Below are positions 29,388 through 39,558 of a stretch of DNA of 64,000 nucleotides, piece after piece. The notes beneath the pieces were generated by a model. It was not told where the DNA came from and ran no database searches. It saw only the letters and a program-made list of their open reading frames with translations. The translations under genes and the position numbers were made by a program. The stretch comes from a virus. Every line of letters begins with the position of its first letter. Position 1 is the first letter of the stretch. The DNA lies in IMG/VR virus record IMGVR_UViG_3300032163_000005, positions 30,024-94,023 of that record, one strand, 5' to 3'.

Positions 29388-31198
29388 GATTCCTCAGGAT
29401 TGAGTCCTTCGTCTGGAACACCCTGATCCGGCATTACCGGTTGTGGCGGGCCCCCTGGCGCCACAGCGCCACCAATGCCAGGGAACATCTCCGCCTGCTG
29501 CCCCGCCATCTTGGCGCCTTCTTCCTCCATGCGCTTCTTTTCCTCAGTGGGCTGGACTCCAAAGGCCGCCGCTGCGAGCTCCACAGCCGTCTCTTCGCTC
29601 ATAAAGGCTTTTCCGCCAGTCGCCGCAGTGAGATTTGTCACCATCTTGGTTTGATCATCAGGCGTTGGTGGGAAGTAGGGGGGCCATTGAAGATTGACCT
29701 CTCCACCATCGCCAGGCTCACGCGGAATCTTGACAGGACGTGGCGGTAGCGGCGTTCCCGTTACAGGATCAACTAATGGGAGCTTGCTGATTGGATCGAG
29801 TGTCTGTGATTGCTCGATGCGTGGTGGAAGAAGAAGAACCGGAGGTGGTTGAATCGCGGGTTGGCCCATCTCATCGATCACGGGTTGGCCCATCTCATCG
29901 ATCATGGGTTTGGGCTCGCGAAGATTTCGACGTGCAACCTCGCCCATGTTGGTCAGAATGCGTTCAAGCGCTGTTCCATATTGCTCACGAAGTACATCTG
30001 TCTTTGAGAGCATCGGTGCATAGACCACCTTCATCGCGACGCTCGAGACGCCTTGCGCTGCGATGTCTGCAGGATCGGGAACCACGCACTGGGCCGTCTC
30101 GAGCACAGTGCGTCGAAACGATTCAATGAGCTTCGTTCCCGCTTCTAACGATGTGCCTGAGAGCTCGAGATAGTCCGCATCACCAGACTCGCCAACGACG
30201 AGCGCATGCTCAGATCCTTTGAGCACGCCGGAACGCGAGACGAGCTCAGGATCAAGTTTCAACTTGAGCGTTGGATCGAGATTGAGTGTGGCGCCTTTGA
30301 GCACAACAGACATGAGAATGTCCATTGCATCGAATTCCTGAAGGAGGCCTTCGTAATCTGGGAACCCATCAATCTCGTCAGAGGGAAGATTCTGAATCCA
30401 CTCGAAGTGAATGACACCATCGCCATGCGCGATGCTCTTTTGCTCGTCAATTTCCCAGAATGGATCCTTGTCCTTTTCGTAGAGCGCATCTTTGAAAATG
30501 ATATCAGCGTCGGGCGTCCAATCGCGACGAAACCAATAGTAGACCTTGATGAATTCCTTCTTGGAGCCATCCCATTGCACGCGAAAGAATGTGTAGATCT
30601 CCGTCACGTGATCAGGAATGAGAAGGCACCGATCGGCCCACGCGTGAACGTAGAGGTTCTTGGCATTGTGGACCTCGAACCGAGGGCGGCCTTTGTAGAA
30701 TGCCCACGACACACCCACCGTGCCCATGGATCCTCCGAGCGTGCGAGCTCGGATCATGTGCATTGGAAGTCGGCCTACGCGCGAAACAGTCTGCAAAAAG
30801 TCTTCGTCACGTTCGTCGCCATCAACATGGATCTGCGGAAACCGATTCTCGCCAAAGATGAGGCTCGTGAATGAGTCAACGATGACTTTCGAGAGGTGGT
30901 ACCGCGCGCTTGGGCGACGTGACGCGAGCGGAACAAATTGGTGAAACTTCTCCGCGCTGATGATGGGAACTGTTGATTGCGGACTGAAGACACGACCCTC
31001 GAAGTCGAAGCCCTTGTGATTGTGCTGCGAGCCTCGATAGTGCGCTTCGAGACGATCGAGCTCGTAGTACCGCTCACCCACGAGAAGAGACCGGGGCTGA
31101 ATGCCCGGCATCGTGGTGTTGCGAGCTCCGAAGCTTGAGAACGCGAGTGCATTCTTGCCATCGATCGCGATTGCGCCGGCTTGCGAGAGATTCGCCAT
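29384..31198 (-). CDS. portal protein (SPP1 gp6-like)
   Basis: HYRGSQ, SKVIVD.FTSLIFG, SSVAMK..Y.P...K, MS.ETAV motifs. Confidence 0.85.
   Translation of the reverse strand: MANLSQAGAIAIDGKNALAFSSFGARNTTMPGIQPRSLLVGERYYELDRLEAHYRGSQHNHKGFDFEGRVFSPQSTVPIISAEKFHQFVPLASRRPSARYHLSKVIVDSFTSLIFGENRFPQIHVDGDERDEDFLQTVSRVGRLPMHMIRARTLGGSMGTVGVSWAFYKGRPRFEVHNAKNLYVHAWADRCLLIPDHVTEIYTFFRVQWDGSKKEFIKVYYWFRRDWTPDADIIFKDALYEKDKDPFWEIDEQKSIAHGDGVIHFEWIQNLPSDEIDGFPDYEGLLQEFDAMDILMSVVLKGATLNLDPTLKLKLDPELVSRSGVLKGSEHALVVGESGDADYLELSGTSLEAGTKLIESFRRTVLETAQCVVPDPADIAAQGVSSVAMKVVYAPMLSKTDVLREQYGTALERILTNMGEVARRNLREPKPMIDEMGQPVIDEMGQPAIQPPPVLLLPPRIEQSQTLDPISKLPLVDPVTGTPLPPRPVKIPREPGDGGEVNLQWPPYFPPTPDDQTKMVTNLTAATGGKAFMSEETAVELAAAAFGVQPTEEKKRMEEEGAKMAGQQAEMFPGIGGAVAPGGPPQPVMPDQGVPDEGLNPEES
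29857..29904. repeat. 24-bp tandem duplication inside the portal gene
   Basis: CGGGTTGGCCCATCTCATCGATCA x2, encoding IDEMGQP twice. Confidence 0.9.
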
Positions 31199-31223
31199 AA
31201 GCCCACTCTAACGCAGAATGGGT

Positions 31224-32156
31224 TTAGTCCGCGGTCACTTGGCAATACGCATGATTGATGGCCGTCGTGTTCGACGGAATGGCCAAGTGTTGGACGTTCG
31301 TGAGCTTGCATGAGTCGGCGTCTGGATCGAGCGTGTAGTTTCCAGAACCCGAGCAATTCAGATCGTCACCTTGCTGCGTTTGCGGATTGAGGATGTAGAA
31401 GGCCGTGCACCACGGAACGACCGTCTTATCTCCCGTCGAGAGGATCGCATCGTAGTGCACAGGTCCAAGCGCACTCGCGTTGGGCGTTTCATCGTTTGAC
31501 CCATCGCCTTGTGGTGAGACACCGTTCAGCTTGTGCATGAAAGCAGAATCCGGGCAGTCTTCGGGATTCACGCCAGTACACGAGCCAGCGAGCGTGCAAT
31601 TGGTGATGCCGTTGTTGGGTGAGGCCATGACCACGAAGTCATTTACCTGCCGTGGTGGCGAACCTGCACCTGCAAGGAACCGCGCGTAGTATCTCCCCAC
31701 GATGCCACCTTGCGAATGCGTGACGATGTCGATGTCTGGGCATGTCCCCGCGTCCGCATCACACGGCACTTTTTCGTCGATGTACCTCTTGAGACACGCT
31801 GCGTAGCTCTCGTTTACGTACGTTGCACCCGTCCCATCGGGAGCGGGAAGCATTGCGCAAAACGTGTTCGATGTGCAGTACGCCGCGAGATCGATCCGGA
31901 AGAGATTTGTATTTTCAGTGAAGCCGCGTGAGCTCCAACTCGTGACGAGAGTGTTCCATCTCGAAGGGCTGTCGTTTCGGCCATGCACAAGAATGACTTT
32001 GTGTTGGGGCGTGACGTCCGGGCACGTCTTGCATGACGTTGAACCAGAGACGACTCGGCCAGTGGGTTCAGGGATCGTTCCGCGATTTCCACTCGCACAC
32101 GCAATCATCGTGATCATCGTGATCAACGCGATGAAGTAGATGAAAAAACGATTCAT
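31224..32156 (-). CDS. exported alpha/beta-hydrolase (lipase/esterase), probable lipoprotein
   Basis: Signal peptide ending MIAC; VILVHG; nucleophile elbow THSQGG; D.TV and QH catalytic candidates. Confidence 0.85.
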   Translation of the reverse strand: MNRFFIYFIALITMITMIACASGNRGTIPEPTGRVVSGSTSCKTCPDVTPQHKVILVHGRNDSPSRWNTLVTSWSSRGFTENTNLFRIDLAAYCTSNTFCAMLPAPDGTGATYVNESYAACLKRYIDEKVPCDADAGTCPDIDIVTHSQGGIVGRYYARFLAGAGSPPRQVNDFVVMASPNNGITNCTLAGSCTGVNPEDCPDSAFMHKLNGVSPQGDGSNDETPNASALGPVHYDAILSTGDKTVVPWCTAFYILNPQTQQGDDLNCSGSGNYTLDPDADSCKLTNVQHLAIPSNTTAINHAYCQVTAD

Positions 32157-32641
32157 GGCCGTTCCTCGGTGTAGACGATGCCAACTTTGTGCGTCGACGT
32201 GTTGCTCTCGATTTGCTTCAGATAGAAGCCTTCACCCGGATGTAGCACCACTGGCTTTTCTTCTGGGTATCTTGCGAGATCGAACCGGCACGCGTCTGGT
32301 GCTTGGAAAGCATTGGTTTGCACCACAACGGTTTCAACGAGTGGCTGCGAAGGATCTGTTGGCGTGATGGTCGTCGCGCCAGTCACACACGATGCCGCAC
32401 TCGCAGCATCATTCGAGTCCGCTTTCGTGGGCGTCTGTGCTGTTCCGCCCGCGAGTGCTGTCGCCATCCGAGCTTCCCAGCTCACAACCACCGTGGTACC
32501 CGATGAGTTGGGAATGTAGATGCTGAACCGTGTGATGCGAATGACGACGTTCGACCCCGCGGGGTTCATCACTCCGAGCATCACCTTGTTGGCGGCACCC
32601 GCAAGTGATGCTTGGACTCGATATGTGGCTAGAGCTCCCAT
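32153..32641 (-). CDS. virion-type beta-rich protein
   Basis: 162 aa, ends VLHPGEG...YTEE. Confidence 0.6.
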   Translation of the reverse strand: MGALATYRVQASLAGAANKVMLGVMNPAGSNVVIRITRFSIYIPNSSGTTVVVSWEARMATALAGGTAQTPTKADSNDAASAASCVTGATTITPTDPSQPLVETVVVQTNAFQAPDACRFDLARYPEEKPVVLHPGEGFYLKQIESNTSTHKVGIVYTEERP

Positions 32642-32644
32642 GAA

Positions 32645-33862
32645 TCATTGCTCGTAGAAGTCGAAGGACGCGAAGTACGTACGAGTCGATGCCGTGTCAG
32701 GATCAGCATAGGCCGTGATGCGAGAAGGCCCAACAACCTCAATCGATGTTCCATACACCCGATTGGATTGCGACCCCGTTGGTACTCTCAACGCGTCGCT
32801 GATCTGAATCTCTGCGCTGTTTGCGTTCGTGGGGTCTTTAGCTCGCAGGAAGAACCCTGTCGTGTCGTTGCCACCTTTGATCCCACCCACGAATCCTGTG
32901 ATGTTGGCCGTCTTGCCATTGGGAACGTAGTGGTGTGAGCCGAACGTCTTGTTATCACCAACCGCGACACTCCAAACAGCAACACCGCCGCCGCCTGTCG
33001 CTGACATAAGCGAGATGACGCCTGCGTTACTTCCTCCCGATCCAACCGTGAGGACTTCGATCTTCTCGATGAAGCAAATGTTGGTTGCGATCGTATTGAC
33101 GAAAGTGACGCCGTTGAGTGAAATCGTCTCAGTAAATGGCCCAGTAACGACGCCCGCCGCCAACGCATAATAAGTGACACGGACGGTTCGAGCTCCCGTT
33201 CCTGCAGCAGCATCATTGGCACTGGTTGAAAGGATCGAGCGCTGTGCGTTCGCTGTTTGTTCGGTGTAGGTTGTAGCGCGCACCGCAGTGACCGCGATGG
33301 CTGAGAGAACGACCTTCCCATCCGAGAATCCCTTGGTCGTTGCGACCGAACCAGGTGGGGCGATCTGGAATCGATTCGAGTTATCGAGTCCAACCGTTCC
33401 GTAAGCCCCATCCGTCCGCTTCCCCGTGATGACTGCTTGAATGAGCTGAGCAAAACTATCATCCGTGATGACGGTGCTGATTGGCTTCGTGATGGTGCCG
33501 ACGCCGCTCTGATGAAAGACCGTGTTCAGTCGGAAAGCTGTCTGCGCAACAACACCATTCGTGTAGACGATGCGGAAGTAGCGAGCGCGAACGGTGAGCG
33601 CGAATGATCGACCCGTGTTTGCGAGCACGTTCGAAATGTCGCTTTGATCAACATTCACACCATCACTTGACCACTGAAACGTGAGTCCGTTCGATGCCGA
33701 TGCCTGATCTGCGATGATTGAGACCGCGATGAACGCAAAGTCAGTCATCTCCTCGAATGCGCCAGTGAAGACGCCGCTGATTCCGAGGTTTGCTGTCGAA
33801 GAGTTGGCTGTTGAAACAGATCCTCGAATAGCTACGGGCTGTGTTGTACTTCCTTGCCCCAT
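32645..33862 (-). CDS. virion fibre/appendage protein (putative)
   Basis: STSANDAAAGTGARTV and YVPNGKT motifs; 405 aa. Confidence 0.6.
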   Translation of the reverse strand: MGQGSTTQPVAIRGSVSTANSSTANLGISGVFTGAFEEMTDFAFIAVSIIADQASASNGLTFQWSSDGVNVDQSDISNVLANTGRSFALTVRARYFRIVYTNGVVAQTAFRLNTVFHQSGVGTITKPISTVITDDSFAQLIQAVITGKRTDGAYGTVGLDNSNRFQIAPPGSVATTKGFSDGKVVLSAIAVTAVRATTYTEQTANAQRSILSTSANDAAAGTGARTVRVTYYALAAGVVTGPFTETISLNGVTFVNTIATNICFIEKIEVLTVGSGGSNAGVISLMSATGGGGVAVWSVAVGDNKTFGSHHYVPNGKTANITGFVGGIKGGNDTTGFFLRAKDPTNANSAEIQISDALRVPTGSQSNRVYGTSIEVVGPSRITAYADPDTASTRTYFASFDFYEQ

Positions 33863-34194
33863 CAGGAAGTGACCTCAGCGCCGAAGAGATTGAACGATAC
33901 GTTCACCGCGTCAGCTTGAACGCGAACAACATCCGCCGCGCCAAGTGAGATGCCGAGCACTGCGAGAAACGTATCGTTCTTGCCCAATGTCACGTCGAAG
34001 TAGAGATACTGCTTCGTCGCATCCGCAGCACCTGCAACGGCAACCGATACGCGAAACTTGATGGGGGCTGCAGTTTGGTTGCACACCGCAATCGATGAAC
34101 ACGCCACCTGCGTCAGAGCTGGAACGGTGTAGAGGTCCGTGAGCGTGTTCGCCGCTGGCGAGCTCTGGCCAAGAACCTTGAGAGTCTCACCCAT
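33862..34194 (-). CDS. small virion protein
   Basis: KVLGQ..P.A.T.T.LYTVP...FG.E pattern. Confidence 0.65.
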   Translation of the reverse strand: MGETLKVLGQSSPAANTLTDLYTVPALTQVACSSIAVCNQTAAPIKFRVSVAVAGAADATKQYLYFDVTLGKNDTFLAVLGISLGAADVVRVQADAVNVSFNLFGAEVTS

Positions 34195-34197
34195 CGC

Positions 34198-34482
34198 TCA
34201 ACCTCCCATCATGAGGAACGAACGACGAAACCCCGGCACAATAGAAACGAGCGTGACCGGCGTGGTGACCTTCTGATCTCTGAAGCGCATGTCTTGCCCA
34301 TTGCGTTCGATCCAGACGTTCTCATCTCGATTCGAACCATCCTGCAGATACACGCCCGCCGTCTCGATTGCATCTGTTTGCGCTGCAATGGGCTCGAGAT
34401 AGTCGACATCATCCGCAGGATCGCCTCCAAGAGCCGCAGACTCTCGCTTGAGGACTTGGACGCGATCCGGACCAACAGCCAT
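34198..34482 (-). CDS. hypothetical protein
   Basis: 94 aa ending FLMMGG. Confidence 0.6.
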   Translation of the reverse strand: MAVGPDRVQVLKRESAALGGDPADDVDYLEPIAAQTDAIETAGVYLQDGSNRDENVWIERNGQDMRFRDQKVTTPVTLVSIVPGFRRSFLMMGG

Positions 34483-34494
34483 GAATTCAGCCTG

Positions 34495-35745
34495 CTACGC
34501 CGCTTTTTTGCCCAAATCGGCAATGTCCACGAAAAGATCCGTCGCATTCTTCGCAAACCCAATGCGGATGACTCGCTTGTTTGCGGTAATGGCGGCGAAC
34601 GTTCCTACGCCGCCCGTGTCCTGCAAGTAGAAGGGGTCACCTGCAGTAGCCGCTGCGATAACGCCGGTTGCCACGCCCTCAGACACAATGGCGAGTGTAT
34701 CGTTGAGTGCCGCAGCCGCTGTTCGCGCAATGCCGACGATGCGTGATTTTGCATCGGAGTCCGCGCGACCTTTGGCAAGCTTGTCGTTGACACCCGCAGC
34801 CCACGCTACAGGGCTTCCCACCGTGATCGCCTCATTGGCGATGTAGTTCTCTTCCGTCTTCGGAGCTCGAATGACCTTCTCACCTGCAGCCGCCGATGAA
34901 AGCGATGGGTTGTTGCCCGCTGTGTTGGCAAGTGGGTCATTGAGAATCGCGAGTCCCGTTGCGCTGCGCTGCAAACCACCTGTTGCATCGACGGCCGCTC
35001 GAAGTTTACCCGCCGCCGTGTTGACATCGAATTCAAGACCCGACGAACCTCCTGCGGCACCTGCTGTCTGTGCAGCCGCTGCAGTATCGAGCTCCACAGT
35101 AATCGAGTTGGCCGTGTTGAGAAGGCCTTGATCGAACGTGAAGTTGGTTTGCGTCGTGAACTGCGTGAATTGAAGAGCCGTCGTATCGACGACGATAGGA
35201 TCGTTGGTGACGAGCACCCATCCGGTATCTGCGGATGTTGTTCCTTCAGTCACGAAAGTGAACATGCCCGCCGTGACTTCGGCGTTTTGATCGGCGTCGG
35301 TTGCGCGTGTGAGAATCGTTGAGAGTGCAGCGCCGTCCGCAAGCTGAGTGACAGTGTAGATGCCGTTCGAGAGATCAGGCGTGGTGTCCGTACCGCCATG
35401 CCCAGTAACAAGCACACGGTTGCCCACTGCGACCGTGACGCTGGTGTCAAAGTCGTTGTTGGTAACTGCTGTTGTGGGGCTCGTGAGCGTCTTTCCAACG
35501 CCTCCACCCGCAGCCGTCCACGTCGCGTAGCTGCCCGCCGTTTTGACGCGCACCGATTGTTTGATGTCCAAGCCTGTCGCAACACTGTCGACGTAGAACT
35601 TGGTTGCGGCATCTTGTGCGGCTGTTGGGTCCGCCATGTTGACGATCTTGCTCGTTCCCATGTCGAGCGAGTCAGCGCCACCACTCGTGAATTCCTCGAA
35701 GAAGCCTTCGGTCTGATTTTGGAAGATGAACTTACGCAATGCCAT
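34495..35745 (-). CDS. head/tail fibre protein
   Basis: ADPTAAQDAATKFYVD, GLDIKQSV, NGIY, LTRATDAD, FTFVTEG motifs; cement-like C-terminus. Confidence 0.7.
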   Translation of the reverse strand: MALRKFIFQNQTEGFFEEFTSGGADSLDMGTSKIVNMADPTAAQDAATKFYVDSVATGLDIKQSVRVKTAGSYATWTAAGGGVGKTLTSPTTAVTNNDFDTSVTVAVGNRVLVTGHGGTDTTPDLSNGIYTVTQLADGAALSTILTRATDADQNAEVTAGMFTFVTEGTTSADTGWVLVTNDPIVVDTTALQFTQFTTQTNFTFDQGLLNTANSITVELDTAAAAQTAGAAGGSSGLEFDVNTAAGKLRAAVDATGGLQRSATGLAILNDPLANTAGNNPSLSSAAAGEKVIRAPKTEENYIANEAITVGSPVAWAAGVNDKLAKGRADSDAKSRIVGIARTAAAALNDTLAIVSEGVATGVIAAATAGDPFYLQDTGGVGTFAAITANKRVIRIGFAKNATDLFVDIADLGKKAA

Positions 35746-36160
35746 GACCGACTCTCCTTCGTTTCTTACTTGGCTTCACGGCAGTCCGTTGGCCATCCGC
35801 CGTCAGATTGTAGAGCCTTCCCGTCTTATCGTCGAAAGCGCATTCTTTGAGCGAAACGCCGAACGCCTTCTCAATCTCAGCTTGGACGTTTACGAGCTCC
35901 GCATGGGATATGGAAATGGTGCTCAACATCTCCTTTTGCTTGGCAAGGAGTGTCGGGAGCTCGGGATGTTTGGCGATTTCCATTTGGATGCGTTGGCTCA
36001 CCATACTGAGCTCCACATTCGCCGCCCGATGCTCTGCTTCAAGAGCACGCCACTTCCAAAGCTGATCGCCCTTCAAACAAAGAAACCCGTCTTCGTCTGT
36101 CGTGCTCTCTGAAACCTTCGCGGTTCCATTCGCTTTGGCGATCTTCTTCTTGGCGACCAT
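35732..36160 (-). CDS. coiled-coil protein (possible fibre chaperone)
   Basis: 142 aa, helical. Confidence 0.55.
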   Translation of the reverse strand: MVAKKKIAKANGTAKVSESTTDEDGFLCLKGDQLWKWRALEAEHRAANVELSMVSQRIQMEIAKHPELPTLLAKQKEMLSTISISHAELVNVQAEIEKAFGVSLKECAFDDKTGRLYNLTADGQRTAVKPSKKRRRVGHGIA

Positions 36161-36165
36161 GGGGA

Positions 36166-36786
36166 TCAGGGAGTGAGCTTAGTGTACGTGATCGATGGTT
36201 TCACAAGAAACCGAGTGTCGTCGAGAGCCTGGCCTACGGATTGAAGGAAGATCGGTCGCGTTGCCGGAACACTTGGCATGATCTGACTCGTCGTATCAAG
36301 AAAATAAACTTTCTGCGGGGTGAGGGCGAGTCCAGGCACGACGATACCCCAGAGCATCACAGAGCACGTGATTGGATCCGACTTGCTGATGATGATTCCA
36401 ATCGCCGGCATTTTTGCCGAGCTGGCGACGTCCACCTTCGCCACTTGCGCGAGCCCAGCGACCGCAGGGCCAGTGACATATACCCAATCGTTCACGACAT
36501 CCGTGACCAGACAATTCGCTGAGATGATCAGAACGCCGCTAACCGACGTCGCCATGAATTCGGCGATGGCCGCGACGATGATGTCAATCTCCGCCTCACG
36601 ACGTCCGTGTGCGGATTGCTTGAGCGCGATCTTTGCGCGCGCTTCGACTATCGGATTAGGAAGCGGAATGAGTACGCCGCCCGCTTGGCGCATTCGCTCC
36701 GCGGTAACATCGTCGGTGACTTCACGTCCTGCTTTGAGCTCGACGCCTTCGAATGGAATTCGATTGGCGAGGATGTAGCGAGCCAC
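36166..36786 (-). CDS. virion protein with cement-like C-terminal domain
   Basis: MPAIGII...LTP..VYFL...QSVG.A motif. Confidence 0.6.
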   Translation of the reverse strand: MARYILANRIPFEGVELKAGREVTDDVTAERMRQAGGVLIPLPNPIVEARAKIALKQSAHGRREAEIDIIVAAIAEFMATSVSGVLIISANCLVTDVVNDWVYVTGPAVAGLAQVAKVDVASSAKMPAIGIIISKSDPITCSVMLWGIVVPGLALTPQKVYFLDTTSQIMPSVPATRPIFLQSVGQALDDTRFLVKPSITYTKLTP

Positions 36787-36805
36787 TTCTTCTCGCTATC
36801 ACGGA

Positions 36806-37075
36806 TTAGAAGCCGCCTCGACGCCGACGTGCTTCTTCGATCCGTGCGTATGCGCTGCCTGCTGGAAACGCTTCTCGTGGTGGTGGTGGAGTTGGTGGCG
36901 AGTTTCGAATCTCGTTCACCATGCGTTGCGCTTCAGGGCTCAATTTCACCGTTGGAAGAGGTTGATTGTCCTCTGAATCCGAGGACTTCTGAACTTTAGA
37001 CAGATCGATCTGTCTAAAATCCAAAAGCCACTCTCCAAGGGCGATGAGCTTCGATCCAAACCACATGCGAAGCAT
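36806..37075 (-). CDS. hypothetical protein containing palindrome copy 3 in frame
   Basis: 89 aa, contains FRQIDLSK. Confidence 0.5.
   Translation of the reverse strand: MLRMWFGSKLIALGEWLLDFRQIDLSKVQKSSDSEDNQPLPTVKLSPEAQRMVNEIRNSPPTPPPPREAFPAGSAYARIEEARRRRGGF
36995..37018. repeat. 24-bp palindrome, copy 3
   Basis: Exact. Confidence 0.95.
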
Positions 37076-37076
37076 G

Positions 37077-37547
37077 TCACACCGCGAGCGTGGTCAGATC
37101 TGCACCGATCCCAAAGATGTACTCACCATTGGGCGTCGCGTTGTCTTGGATCTTGATGAAGACCTCGATGGCTCCACTCGACGGCTCTTGGAGTGATGCT
37201 TGTGTCGGTGCTTGATCGATCAAACTGATGGCATCGAAGAAGGTCACCTGATTGAGCTTGAGCGTCTTCGAAGCTTCAAGGAGATACCACTTGCCCGCCG
37301 CATGATCGAAGAACCACGCTTCGCACGGGAGGTCCGTGCCCACTGCACCTGATGTTGATGCGTACGAGACAGCGATGCGATGCGATGGCCACCCCGAGTT
37401 TGAGTAGGGCTTGATCGAAAGCGCGTTGTCACGCCCGCCAGGTGGTTCCGTGGGCGGATTCGCAGCACCCGCTGATCCATCGTTGCCGATAACGGGAACA
37501 GCTCCCGCCCCGCCTTTTCGTCGAAGAAATACTTTGCTGAACTTCAT
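37077..37547 (-). CDS. hypothetical protein
   Basis: From MKFSKVF with GGAG RBS; overlaps the upstream stop. Confidence 0.6.
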   Translation of the reverse strand: MKFSKVFLRRKGGAGAVPVIGNDGSAGAANPPTEPPGGRDNALSIKPYSNSGWPSHRIAVSYASTSGAVGTDLPCEAWFFDHAAGKWYLLEASKTLKLNQVTFFDAISLIDQAPTQASLQEPSSGAIEVFIKIQDNATPNGEYIFGIGADLTTLAV

Positions 37548-38116
37548 TGCATTGTCTCCAACACTGAGATGGCCGCCCAAGCAACGCGGAGTCCAGGGCA
37601 CGAACCGAAGAGCGCGAAGCCATAGTGTCCATCTTGTACCGGATGAATGTTGGCTGTGCCGCCAATCGTCCACCCATCGTGCTTGTCGACTCGTCCGAGC
37701 TGACGAGCATCGGTGAAGGGAGCTCCGGGGGATAGCGCGGCTTGGTGCGTTGTCGCTTGCGATGAATCGTTCGCAAGACGAATCATCCCCACAAGGTCAA
37801 GTCCTTGTTCTCGAGCTCTTGGAAGCTGGGATGGTGGAGGAAGCACACGCGCCATCCAATTAATGATGCGGTTTGCCGGTCCTGCCCAAATGGTGAGCGG
37901 ACAGAAGAGACTTGGGTGAGAGGTCTCGAGCGGCCAGCCCGCACCCCACCCACGACGCATGTATCCACCAATGCCCGATCGCCTGAAGAGCGACGGTTGG
38001 CACGGGAGAAGGCAAACACCTCTCGCTTTGAGCGATTGCGCCTGCTGTTGATCGACGACTGAACCTTCCCAGAAGATGTCTTCTGGGTCCCACACAACGA
38101 CTTGAGGAGTGCCCAT
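37544..38116 (-). CDS. hypothetical protein
   Basis: 190-aa ORF in operon. Confidence 0.55.
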   Translation of the reverse strand: MGTPQVVVWDPEDIFWEGSVVDQQQAQSLKARGVCLLPCQPSLFRRSGIGGYMRRGWGAGWPLETSHPSLFCPLTIWAGPANRIINWMARVLPPPSQLPRAREQGLDLVGMIRLANDSSQATTHQAALSPGAPFTDARQLGRVDKHDGWTIGGTANIHPVQDGHYGFALFGSCPGLRVAWAAISVLETMQ

Positions 38117-38128
38117 GTGGGCACACTA

Positions 38129-38683
38129 TCACGGCGATGTGATTTGCTTGAACAGCCAAAGGGCTTTCAGCACGCGGTGTCGTGACTTCTTCGTGGCATC
38201 CTCATTGGTCGGGCATCCTTCACCACCACCAGCGTAATGCGCGAGTCGTTCTTCAAGAGGGCGAGCTCGGCAAACGGCAAACGAGATGTGCATGAGGCGA
38301 AGTCCAGATCGAATACACACATCGATGTCTGTCTGTACTGACTCACGTGTGATGCCGAGCTCTTTGAAGTTGGATTCGTTCACTTGCAACGCGCAAAACG
38401 AATGGGGCTTGGATCCTGTTGGGCACACACCAACCTTTGAGGGCACGAGCTTTCCATTTGCGATGCAATCACCTTCCGCATCTGGAATGAGACCCGACTC
38501 GAAGTCAGCGACCGATGCGATCAAGTCAGCAGTCTTCTCAGCTCCATGATCACCGCCAAAGAGTGGTGATGCGTTGGATGCATCGGCGATGGCCTTAGCT
38601 GTTCGTTCAAATGTCGAGCGATGCAATGCGTGTGGTTCGAGCTTCAACAAAGCCGCAAGAACCATTGCTTCTGTAACAGCCAT
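38129..38683 (-). CDS. lytic transglycosylase/lysozyme-like protein (putative)
   Basis: VA.FESG...A.G, LQV, L.HYAGG resemble SLT motifs. Confidence 0.5.
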   Translation of the reverse strand: MAVTEAMVLAALLKLEPHALHRSTFERTAKAIADASNASPLFGGDHGAEKTADLIASVADFESGLIPDAEGDCIANGKLVPSKVGVCPTGSKPHSFCALQVNESNFKELGITRESVQTDIDVCIRSGLRLMHISFAVCRARPLEERLAHYAGGGEGCPTNEDATKKSRHRVLKALWLFKQITSP

Positions 38684-38805
38684 AAATGATTCCGATGTTT
38701 AGAGCGCAGACCAGAAGTGAGGGCACTAGTCGGTCGAAGGCGGCTAGCAAGAAGGTCCTTCTGGTCTGCACGCCAAGAGCATTATCACGCTAGGCTTCCA
38801 GCATC

Positions 38806-39558
38806 ATGAGAGATGCCGTTCGAGATGCTTTCTATCGATTTAACGCGCCCATGGAAGGAGAAGTCCCGCATCTCTACGTGGACGTCAAAAATCTTGTGAG
38901 CATCGGCGTTGGCGCTCTCGTTGATCCGTTAGCTCTCGCACTTCACCTTCCGCTCAAACGAGCTGATGGATCGTTGGCAACGCGCGAAGAGATCATCACG
39001 GATTGGAATGCAGTGAAGAACGGGCCGGACTTCGCGCGTCTGGGCTATCGAGCCGCCGCAAAAGTGGTCAAGCTTCATCTCGAGCCTTTGGACCTCGAAC
39101 AGCTTCTCTTGGGCAAGCTCGCGCAAAACGATGCCTACCTCGCGCATCGATTCTCTGCGTCGAATAATGGGAACGAGCTCGGATTCGAAGCATGGCCAGC
39201 AGATGCCCAGCTTGGTGCGCACTCCCTTTCATGGGCATGTGGCCCGGCGTTCAAGTTTCCAAACCTCGAAGCAGCGTTACGCGTGATGGACTTCGAGACG
39301 TCTGCGATCGAATGCTTCATGCCCGAAGAGAAGACCATCAGTGGACTTCGACCACGCAACCGAGCCAACAAGTTGCTCTTTCAGAATGCGGCAATCGTGC
39401 TTGCAGAGCACCTTGATCCAGACGTCCTCTATTGGCCTCGTGATCTGACGAAACCAAGTGTCGATCCACAAGCGGACACGGAACCCGTGCCGTCCGTGAA
39501 GGTTGTTGACCAACCCATTGTTCATCCACGCGTGCCGCTTGGTGAGGATGACGATTAG
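38806..39558 (+). CDS. phage lysozyme-like endolysin (GH24-like)
   Basis: EG....LY.D....VSIGVG motif and ..RN.A..LF C-terminus. Confidence 0.65.
   Translation: MRDAVRDAFYRFNAPMEGEVPHLYVDVKNLVSIGVGALVDPLALALHLPLKRADGSLATREEIITDWNAVKNGPDFARLGYRAAAKVVKLHLEPLDLEQLLLGKLAQNDAYLAHRFSASNNGNELGFEAWPADAQLGAHSLSWACGPAFKFPNLEAALRVMDFETSAIECFMPEEKTISGLRPRNRANKLLFQNAAIVLAEHLDPDVLYWPRDLTKPSVDPQADTEPVPSVKVVDQPIVHPRVPLGEDDD

Noticed and set aside
29857-29904. Tandem 24-bp repeat as a CRISPR or regulatory element
   Set aside because: No spacer; an in-frame duplication in a Pro-rich portal loop
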